A stretch of DNA of 64,000 nucleotides from Saccostrea cucullata (taxonomy: Eukaryota): the NCBI RefSeq assembly GCF_032062105.1, contig NW_026932065.1:124001-188000 (forward strand). Reading direction: 5' to 3'. Numbering within the stretch: position 1 is the stretch's first letter; each line of letters starts with the position of its first letter. Shown here in pieces: positions 25,094 through 34,864 of this stretch. The position numbers and the translations under genes are program-made. The notes under the pieces are model-generated. The model ran no database searches and had not been told where the DNA came from. It worked only from the letters and a program-made list of their open reading frames with translations.

Positions 25094-26249
25094 TTTGGAC
25101 TAATGTTGGAGGAATATTAAAAAGTGAAATTATTTCAAAATCAAAGTGATTTCATCAGCACTGGAAACTTATTTAAATCTAGATGTGAATTGACAATAGT
25201 GATATAACATGAGGTATAAAATGTATACCTGAATAATTGTATGACTAACAAACGGGAACTGGTCTGTTTTTTGTTTTCTGTTAAAGAAAATGGTGAAAAT
25301 CAATGTACCAGTTTATTATACTTTTATTTATTAAATGTAGGGAATTTTCAAGTTCCTGATATTTTATATCATAATGCATGTAACTTGTAACTCACAGAGA
25401 GAACATAAAGTGAGTGGAGAGGAGTGACAAAAATATCTTTAAGCTGTAACATCATTACATATCAAGTTGCATGAAAACCAGTGTGGTTTTTGAGCATAAA
25501 CATACCTCACATTCAATTTGTTCAATTGATTAAAAGAGAGAAGCGGGAGTGAGTATTTGGGTATTTGTATTTCTTCATGCTTACAATTTTATTAAATTTG
25601 AGTTTTACTGACTTTTTGTTGACTTTTAAGAAAAGAGCCAAAAATACTCACCTATGTATTTTATACTGTATAGGAACTTATGATAGGCAGGATCAGAAAA
25701 CTTTTTTATGCACAAAAACATAGGGCCCCTAATAAGGTTCTATAGTATTGTAAGTTATATGTATACTAGTATGCTTAATGCAACTTTGTTACCATCCTGA
25801 TTTACCCACAATTTCATTTTTAATCACTTGTGTGAAATAACAGAATGTGTAAAACAAAAATTAAGAATTATCTATATATTAAAAAAAGGCTTTTATATTT
25901 CAAACAACATTTCAAGACTGAGATGACTTCATCATTCCGCCATTGCCTAATATTCTGTAGTGTTTATCTTATCTCTCAAACTAATCGATATTCAAGACTA
26001 TGTTTGTTTTTTTTTTAATTGAGACAGGTTATTCACAGATAAATTGATGTTACAGGGATATGAATAATATCATTTAAAATCAACATTACGATAATTCTCT
26101 ATAGTTATATTGACAATGAAGCAAAAATAAATGATCATGAGGTCCTATTTTGGATGACGTATTCAAACCAATTATTTGTTTTAGGCCTTTATTTTTCACT
26201 TTTTAAAAAAAATTTACGGAATGTTACGTCTACCTTTTCAATACATAGC

Positions 26250-26335
26250 TCTCACGACGGGTGGAACCCATCGGCAGGGGATGCTTACTCCTTTTGGATA
26301 CCTGATCCTTCTTCTGGTATTTCCGGGGGATTTCG
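26250..26335 (+). mobile_element. Short remnant resembling a bivalve Penelope-like retroelement terminal segment
   Basis: CACGACGGGTGGAACCCATCGGCAGGGGATGCTTACTCCTTTTGGATACCTGATCC resembles a recalled oyster repeat motif (CACGGCGGGTGTGACCGGTCGACAGGGGATGCTTACTCCTCCTAGGCACCTGATCC); the family assignment is from memory only. Confidence 0.45.
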
Positions 26336-26337
26336 GA

Positions 26338-26545
26338 CCGGCCTGTTTTACCCTAAAAAAGACTAAAACCAAAACCTTAAGTTGATTGTAAAATTAAAGA
26401 TTCTGTTTTAAATTGCTAGCTTGAAAATATATCGTTGAATTCTTTTAAGAAAAAAATGAAAACAATTTTCAAATCATTGTAAGATAGATAATTATGAGAA
26501 GAATTAATGTTCTTAGTCGTGAGTTCTTTTGTAAAACGCCCCCTG
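26338..26545. mobile_element. Decayed MITE of the GGCC.TTT.ACAAA..GACTAAG terminal type
   Basis: Left GGCCTGTTTTAC...GACTAA; right TCTTAGTCGTGAGTTCTTTTGTAAAACGCCCC. Confidence 0.45.
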
Positions 26546-26588
26546 TGCTCCATGCTCTATTTAAAGATTTGTATTTTTTATCGCTTAA

Positions 26589-28351
26589 GGTAGGTCGCGG
26601 GTTTACTGCATAAAAATTCTTACGAGAAAACATATCCTGAAAATTTGATAAAATGTTCCTTAGAATTTAAAGAGTATCATCTGCAATTTTTATTAAATTT
26701 GCCTAGGTAGTTTTAATGTTATAGTACTGTAAACGCGGTATAGTTTTTAATTCTTTTTGACGCTTTTACCATTGAAATATATGGGAAAATGACGTTTTTA
26801 AGCCAATTTTGTGAAAATAGTTTCTTTTAAAAATGTTGGATAACTTTTTAAAGATGTAGGCGAATTATTCAGGAATTTCAAAATGTCAAGATGAGGTAAA
26901 ATCAAAACCATTAATATAAAAAAATCAATATGTCTTCTCGCTAGATTTTTTGCTAAATAATTTCAAAGTTTTTTTTCTTAATGCTAAAATTTGGCGTTTA
27001 TGGCGTTGTTAATATCTACAACGTCATTTGTTGAACGTGGTCACGTTTACAGTACGAGTATAAATTTATTGACCTATGGAATATGCAAGAATTCAAAGGT
27101 GATATCGATACAAAATTTAATTTTATTCATCATTTAATTTATTGCGGAGGCATATTAGGATGACCAGCAACTTATTTTCACTAGTATTGTGGAATTCATA
27201 TTCTGATCACAAAGTCAGAATGAAAGGTATAAGTAATCCTCGTGCAGCGACATTAACATGCAGCAACAATGTTCACCGCGAGTGAAAAAAATATTAGTAC
27301 CTGTATTTTTAGGAAATGCATGGTCAAAAGGATTTCAGTCATTAAACAAAAATTTGATCACTTTATTTGAAAACGGTAGGAAAAACATCTCTTTAATGAG
27401 GAAATAAGTGGGCCGGGGAGGGGGGGGGGTACGTGCAATGTTCTTTCTATATTAGTCGCAAGCTATAATATATGGCTCTAAATCTCAAGCATTTTTTAAT
27501 TTCGAATTTTCTGAATTAAATTTCAATACGCAAAATGTAAAACAATTGCATTTAGCTTTTACACGTTGAGCTTTTGTCATAAAAATATATAGAAAATAAT
27601 TATACTTGTAAATTGTTTACAGTGTTTTGTAAGTCTTAAAATCCAGGTGTTTGAATAAATATGATTTTTAAATGCATTTCACAATTTATTAGCAAGCAAA
27701 CCAAGGCGACTGCACGAGATTTAAATACATAACAACCAGCCAATATTAATAATGATAATTTAAAAAAAAAAAAACAGGAAAATACTTGTAATTGAATATA
27801 ACTCAATCGTTTTTAGTGATGAGGCTTAATTTCCATCCTGAAAAGTATACGCATATTTTCGCCCCGGCTTTGATTTGAAGTCAAGTTCCCCTGAGTTTCA
27901 AATAACGTGCGCACATACAATCCCTCAAGTTTCTCGCTAAGCAATTTTTTATTCATGATAACTTTCTTTCTGCAAGCCATAACTTACGCTGATTTATTCT
28001 GATGACTTTAAGCAGTTTAGTTACACTTCAAATATAATTTATTGCTTTCATTTTGTATTAATATTGTATTTAATTAGTCCTAAGACGTTACATATAATCA
28101 CACCAGAATTCAAACTGAAATTTAATTATAAAACATGTACGACGTTTACGTACAATGGCATGCACTTTGTTTGTTTAAAATATACTTGATTCGTAGAGAC
28201 TTGAAGTCATTTGCAGAGAATTAAACGGGAAACAACATGACGTTGTCTTTGTGACGTAATTGACGTCATAATCAAATGTGCACAAAACAATCGCTCGAAT
28301 CGTCGAAATTGTGTACCAAAATTGATGACAAAAGCAAACCCGCGACCTACC
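26589..28351 (+). mobile_element. Non-autonomous Kolobok-type element, copy A (1763 bp)
   Basis: TTAA(26585-26588)-GGTAGGTCGCGGGTTT ... AAACCCGCGACCTACC-TTAA(28352-28355): perfect 16-bp TIR; no transposase ORF. Strand is relative to copy B. Confidence 0.9.
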
Positions 28352-28355
28352 TTAA

Positions 28356-29251
28356 GGTAGGTCGCGGGTTTGCTTTTGTCATCAATTTTGGTACACAATT
28401 TCGACGATCCGAGCTGTTGTTTTTGTGCACATTTGATTATTACGTCAGTAACGTCACAAAGGCAACGTTACGTTGTTTCCCGTTTAATTCTCTGCAAATG
28501 ACTTCAAGTCTGTACGAATCAAGTAGATTAATACAGAGTGCATGCTACTGTACGTAAACTTCATACATGTTTTATTATTAAATTTCAGTCTGAATTCTGA
28601 TGTGATTATATGTAATGTCTTAGGACTAATTAATCAAATACAATACAAAAAGAAAGGAATAATTTATATTGTAAGTGTAATTAAACTGCTAAGAGTCAAT
28701 CAGTATAAATCAGCGTAAAAGTTATGGTTTGCAGAAAGGAAGTTATCATGAGTAAAAATTGCTAAGCGGGAAAATTGAGGGGTTGTATGTACGCACGTTA
28801 TTTGAAAATCAGGGGAACATGCGTGTTGCATTATGACTGCCAATCAAAGCCGGGGCGAAAATATGCGTATACTTTTCAGGATGGAATCAATCCTCATCAC
28901 TAAAAACGGGTTAAATTTGATTATATGTATTTTCTTGGGTTTTCATTAGTGTTTGGTTGTTATGTATTTAAATCTCGTGCATTCGCCTTCTTGTTTTGCT
29001 GGCTAATAAATTGTGAAATGCAGCTAAAAATCAAATTTATTCAAACACCTGTACTGTAAGACTTATAAGACAGTATAAACAATTTACAAGTATAATTTTT
29101 TTTCTAAGCTCAAAGTGTATTAGGTAAATGCAAGTGTTTTACATTTTGCGTATTGAAAATTGATTCAGATAATTCGAAATTAACAAATGCCTGAGATTTA
29201 GGGCCATTTACTATAGCTTGCGATTAATATAGAAAGAACATAGCAGATACC

Positions 29252-29287
<36 letters not shown>

Positions 29288-30101
29288 CTTATTTCCTCAG
29301 TATCGGGATGTTTTTCTTACCGTTTTCGAATAAAGTGATCAATTTTCTGTGTTATGTCTGAAATCCTATTGACCATGAATTTCCTAGAAATACAAGTACT
29401 AATATTTTATCACTCGCGTTTGTCTCTGTACGTTAATTCTCATGCACGAGGGATGTTTATACCTTTCATTTTGACTCAATGATCAGAATATGAATGTCAC
29501 AATACTAGTTAAAATAAGTTGCTGGTCATCCTAGTATGTCTCCGCAATAAATTAAATGATGAATGAAATTAAATTTTGTATCTATGTCACCTTTTAAATC
29601 TTGCATATTCCAAAAGTAAAGATATTTATACTCGTATACTGTAAACGGGACGTGACTACGTTCAACAAATGACGTTGTAAATAACGCCATAAACGCAACA
29701 TTTTAGCAGTATAAAAGAAAACTTTGAAATTATTTAGCAAAAAATCTAGCGAGAAGACATATTGATTTTTTTATAGTAATAGTTTTGATTTTACCTTATC
29801 TTCATATTTTGAAATTCCTGACTAATTCGTCTACGTCTTTAAAAAGTTATCCAATCTTTTGAAAAGAAACTATTTTCACAAAATTGGCTTAAAACGTCAT
29901 TTTCCCATACATTTTAATAGTAAAGCGTAAAAAAAAGTACTAACAACAATACCGCGTTTACAGTGATATAGCATTAAAACTACGTAGGCAAATTTGATAA
30001 AAATTGCAGATAACACGCTGTGAATTCTAAGGAACATTATATAAAATTTTCAGGATATGTTTTCTCGTAAGAATTTTTATGCAGTAAAGCCGCGACCTAC
30101 C
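28356..30101 (-). mobile_element. Non-autonomous Kolobok-type element, copy B (1746 bp), inverted relative to copy A
   Basis: TTAA-GGTAGGTCGCGGGTTT ... AAAGCCGCGACCTACC-TTAA(30102-30105). Full-length reverse complement of copy A with scattered substitutions and indels (roughly 90% identity in the outer 150 bp by eye). Confidence 0.9.
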
Positions 30102-30105
30102 TTAA

Positions 30106-30590
30106 GGTCAAGATCTAGTAAATGACTTTAGAAAAAAATTTCAGTGCTAAATCCATTATGACGTCATAATCACTTTCAACTTTCTTTTTCCCGTACTTTA
30201 CGGCTCTAATAGAATTATGTAGAAAATAAAGTATTTTCATGGAATTCAATTTGAAATCACGTGAAAAGTAGTCCCGATACCTATCTTAAATTTAACATTA
30301 TTTTAAAGTAGAGACTAAGAACATACAAATAACCGTTTTCTGAAAAACTGTAGGCAATCTGGATACATTTTCTTTGTCTGATATGGAAAAAACTCCTATT
30401 TTCAATACTGGTTTTCTTAATTTTTCATTCAAAATGACAGTTTAAAATATGGTTTTTCATCTTGTTTTTCTACAAATAATGCCCCGAAACACCTATTTTG
30501 ACCAAGGTAATGTTATGAAGCATCATTAAAGGAATTAATATCTTAAATTTGAAAAATCTGTAGGCACCTTCCATTTACTAGATCTTGACC
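30106..30590. mobile_element. Non-autonomous Kolobok-type element C (485 bp), a different family from A/B
   Basis: TTAA(30102-30105)-GGTCAAGATCTAGTAAATG ... CATTTACTAGATCTTGACC-TTAA(30591-30594): perfect 19-bp TIR. Confidence 0.9.
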
Positions 30591-31218
30591 TTAAAAGATT
30601 TGTATTTTTTCTCGCTTAAGAAAATCACCGATGTCTTCACCATTTTCATTCAAGTTTTACCCAAAAAACGTTATGTCTATTTCCGAAGAAGTAATTAATA
30701 TAGATAAGGATTTTAATCCAATGTTTCTAAACAATTGCGAAAATTAATGATCGACCTTCTTGAAAGTAAATAATAAATCTGCATGTTAGTCAAATTGTAT
30801 AGAAATATTTATTAATTTAGCAGTAAGTTACGAATTACTTTATTAACCGTTTGAGGTACATGTAGGCAGGTCTTTGTTACGTTGTATGTTTTACATTTTC
30901 CGTAATTGATCTTTTTGGTTGATTTCAAGCAATATTAACCTCAAAAGTCTCTGATAATACCTGTACATCATTTTAAATTATGTGGGTATGTTCATTTCTC
31001 CTAAATAACTATTTAAAAGCAAATAATTTATAAATGTCATTGACTTAATGTATAAAGTTACAGCAGATACACTTTAATAATAATTTTTCCCCGTGTTCCC
31101 CGTATGGTTGATGATATGCTTCCGGTGATGAACTGTCCTGAGTAACACGTTGGTGTTGCATATAAAGGAAGTTTATTTTTAAGGTTCTTAAATTACACGA
31201 CTGTGACATAAACATCCG

Positions 31219-32856
31219 GGGCCTGTTTCACAAACGTTTCCTAAGATATTTCGTAAGACATAACTTAAGATATGCCTAAGTTATAACTTAGGAAGTTCCT
31301 AAGATTTGTCACAGCTGTTTCACGAAACAATCTTATCTTAAATTTTTCCTAAGTTATTTCTTAAGTTGTGCCTTTATAAGGTCTAATGAAAAAACTTCTC
31401 CGATCTATCTACAATTCTCAGTATGTCAGTCTGGTATTTTTTTTTTAGCTTCAAAAAGGGAGGGGATTATCCCAACTTTCAAAGGACTTGGACAGAAGTA
31501 TGTTTTAACTATGCGAAGTTACTATGCTAGAACTAAGCATTCACAGACACACCCTTTCAAGCCTTCTTCCTTTCGGGGAACACGACATTTGTATTTTTTT
31601 AAAAATATAGTTCCACGTTTTATACGTTTACTTTATTTTGCTCTTTATAAGGTATAGATCCCAGGTATCTTTTTACTTTACCTTTCTACTTGTCAATTAT
31701 TGAATGAAATTTAAAAATGATTGCTTTGTAGCGAACACTTGGGCAATAAAATAATGCTTTTCCAATGACTGCCCCACATTAGGAGAGGGCTAAAATGGGC
31801 TGCGCTTGCTGCCTATTCACAATAACATCAGTGAATAAAATATTGATGAAATAAAAAAATAAGTTGTTCGTGCTGTGTGAAGCTTTCTCACATATATAAG
31901 ATAAAATGCCATGCTAGAAAAAAATCCCAAATTCGCGACTACAGATATGAAAATACTAAAAGAAGTTTAAAAAGGAAATTTATTGAAATCTCTTGCACAG
32001 CTAAACATTGTATTAAGCAGGGAGCACAACTGGTTGTAATCTCATGGTCGTACGAACTGGAGGAGCACGGGAGGGTGGGGTATAATAATAATTTTTCCTA
32101 TGTATATATAGAATACTACAGAAAACAAAATTGCGTAATGTTTGTGTTTTCTCAATAATAACGTCTTAGAGGAGATTTGATGCAACCATTCTTCGGAAAA
32201 ACATCTATATATCCGGAGCTTGGTTTGGGGGGATGGGTCATCAAAAATCATGTACTTATCTAAAGTGAACAAGGGTTTCCATTCATCTAATGTATATTTT
32301 TTTCAAATTCTATTTTAATATCCTTTAGAATACTAGTAATATATAAATAAATAAACGTGTACACGTAAATAAAAACATAATGTATACAAGCATGTACATG
32401 TATATTAATGAATCAAATCATGTGCTATTTTTTGTTTAAAAAGGCGTGCTCTTCATTTGATAGGGATTTATTCCAGTATGTGTACATCTATTTCGCCAAC
32501 TCCAGTTTTGTAAACTGACATTTTTATATACCTTGGACTAATTTTGACACATGTTTGCCAATTATTGAAATCCTAGTATTTACGTGCAAAGTAAAGAAGT
32601 TTTATATATATATATTAGTAGTCCATTAGATTTTCTCTCCCCAAACACATTCTTCTCTCCATAAGAAATCTTAGATATGAAGCCGCAATATTTAGTTTCT
32701 TCCTAAGTCATCGATTTACCTTTCCTAAAGTTACGACATAACTTAGGAATATCCTAAGATAAGACGAGGTTAGTGAAACGGATAAGTAATGAACTTAGGA
32801 AAAAGTTCTTTCCTAAGATAGAACTTAGTCCTAAGTAGGCTTTGTGAAACGGGCCC
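31219..32856. mobile_element. Non-autonomous DNA transposon with 3-bp TSD (CCG), Harbinger-like
   Basis: CCG(31216-31218)-GGGCCTGTTTCACAAA ... TTTGTGAAACGGGCCC-CCG(32857-32859); both sub-terminal regions are packed with CCTAAG/CTTAGG/CTTAAG motifs. Confidence 0.8.
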
Positions 32857-32962
32857 CCGGTTTGTACTCACTGTACATGTTCTCACTTTTTTGTGGCTAA
32901 ACATAAAACAGGTGCTATTTATCTTACCTTTCGAAATGCTTATTTATTTATTTAATATTTAT

Positions 32963-33257
32963 TTATTATACCCCCCGCTTGAAAAGCGGGAGGGTATATA
33001 GTAATCGGTATTTTCGTCCGTCCGTCCGTCTGTCCGTCTGTTACGCTTTGAGGTACCATCTCTTATCTGCAAATTTAATGAAACTTTCACAGAATCTTTA
33101 TTACATATTGCCATTGTGCACCTCCTATTTTACTTTTTGATCAGACATATATATATATATTGGGTTTTCTAGAGCAAAACATGGACACTGCCATTTTATT
33201 CATATGGGAGGCGGGGGGTGTCATTTAGTGAGCTCATCGCTCACAGTACCTCTAGTT
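32963..33257 (+). mobile_element. Short HINE/DINE-1-like Helentron derivative
   Basis: 5' sub-TIR hairpin TATACCCCCCGCTTGAAAAGCGGGAGGGTATA, (GTCC)n microsatellite, 3' sub-TIR GCGGGGGGTGT, terminal hairpin GTGAGC-TCATC-GCTCAC, ends CTAGTT. Confidence 0.8.
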
Positions 33258-33685
33258 TAAAACATATATTTTTAACAGGTATTGTTTAATTTTATAGGCT
33301 GCGGCTTTTTTTTTCATTTTCAAATGAAAATAAGGAATTTGTTTATCCTCTGTTTACCCTTAATGTAATTAGATTTTCAGAAAGTTGAATAAAGATTTAA
33401 ATATGTATGATAAATGCACCACATGATATACGTTCATGTAAATCGGTGCTGCTTGTAAAAAATATATTGAAATTTTTTAAAGCATTTATTTTAGAAATCA
33501 TATAATAAAAAAAATGAAATAAAACATAATAATGCAAAATATACAATACAGATAACAAAATTAAAAAAAAAAAAAACATATCAAGTTATAAACGCAACAT
33601 TATTAGAGGTAGTTTTGAGACATTTATAAATTAAAAAAAAAAACCAACGAAATAGGAGTAATAAGCATTAAATACATGTCCATCG

Positions 33686-34864
33686 TCAAAGACATATGTT
33701 GAATTTCTTTAAAATGTCTGTGATTCCTTGTCTGATTTTCTTGTTAACCACACTATATACAATAGGATTTGTTGCGTGCCCAAGAAAAAAGAAGTATCGA
33801 AACACCAAAGTGTCATATATATTAAAAATAGCAAAGAAAAAAGGAATCCAGCAAATAAGATAAATAAATGTACACACGAACATCATGGTCCAGGTTTTGG
33901 TTCGAACATAAGATGTACTTTTAGAGAAACGAAGTATTTTCTTCCGCTTTTGAACTTTATTTTTCCTTGTTTGACTGATTTGAAGACCGTCCTCCTGAGA
34001 TGACGTCACTCCTTCAACAGGTGATTCTGTCCTCGAGTGTGCAGTCGATCCCTCCTCTGTGTTTGGTTCTGGACAGGTTCCTGGTTTTGGTGAATAAGTT
34101 TCAATACTGTCAGCATTAGTACTTTTGTTCAATATTCCCCTTTCCCGCCTCTCCTCAAGTTTTTGTGGATTTTCTGATGGCTGTCCAGTAGAATGCGAAA
34201 CTGAATGCCGAATACGTTTCTTGTGTGTATAAAGAATTACGTAGACAATGACATAAATTATTATCAGGAGCAGAAGTTCAGCTGTTATCATGGTGGACAG
34301 GAAATCCCTGTAAATCTTACTACCATTATCGCCCAAAGTAGTTGTAGTATACCCACAAAATGGTTCCGATGTCTCGGTGCTATGATTGAAGACTTTTGGT
34401 TGGTTTGTCTCATTTTTGGCTGCATCGTTACTGTGAGGTGTCACTTCAATAATAAGTGCTGCAGGAATAGAACAAATTACCGACACCAACAGCAGACCCA
34501 GAATAAAGATAGTTTTCATTTTTGCGGTAACATATTTTTTCATTGGTTTCCAGACCAGCAATAAACGTTCTCCGGCGATCAAAATCAAAATTAGGTTGGA
34601 GAATGCCACTGAACTATGTCGCACAACCTCCATTCCATGGCACATGACGTCATTGGTCACCATATTGAATTCAAAGAAGATGGTATAGGGAACAATAATG
34701 AGATTGATAACCAAGTCTGCTACCGACAGAGTTAGTATATACTTCCGTACCACAAAAGAATGTTTCTTGATAAAGTACACAAGAATAATAAGAATATTCC
34801 CTATGATTCCGCACGTAGCGAAAATTGACATCAACAATATAAACAAAATCTGATCGGAATCCAT
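33686..34864 (-). CDS. Orphan class A GPCR (paralogue 1), uninterrupted CDS, 392 aa from the first in-frame ATG
   Basis: GN (TM1), LSVADL (TM2), C-HGMEVVRHS..ERL (TM3), ECL2 Cys (PFCGY), long ICL3, CWIP (TM6), NPIVY (TM7). The ORF-track start at 34900 is a TTG; the first ATG is at 34864 (MDSDQ). Confidence 0.9.
   Translation of the reverse strand: MDSDQILFILLMSIFATCGIIGNILIILVYFIKKHSFVVRKYILTLSVADLVINLIIVPYTIFFEFNMVTNDVMCHGMEVVRHSSVAFSNLILILIAGERLLLVWKPMKKYVTAKMKTIFILGLLLVSVICSIPAALIIEVTPHSNDAAKNETNQPKVFNHSTETSEPFCGYTTTTLGDNGSKIYRDFLSTMITAELLLLIIIYVIVYVILYTHKKRIRHSVSHSTGQPSENPQKLEERRERGILNKSTNADSIETYSPKPGTCPEPNTEEGSTAHSRTESPVEGVTSSQEDGLQISQTRKNKVQKRKKILRFSKSTSYVRTKTWTMMFVCTFIYLICWIPFFFAIFNIYDTLVFRYFFFLGHATNPIVYSVVNKKIRQGITDILKKFNICL

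Noticed and set aside
28207-28557. ORFs on both strands encoding the same peptide (TKIDDKSKPATYLKVGRG...)
   Set aside because: A by-product of the perfect palindrome at the junction of two inverted transposon ends; no protein features.
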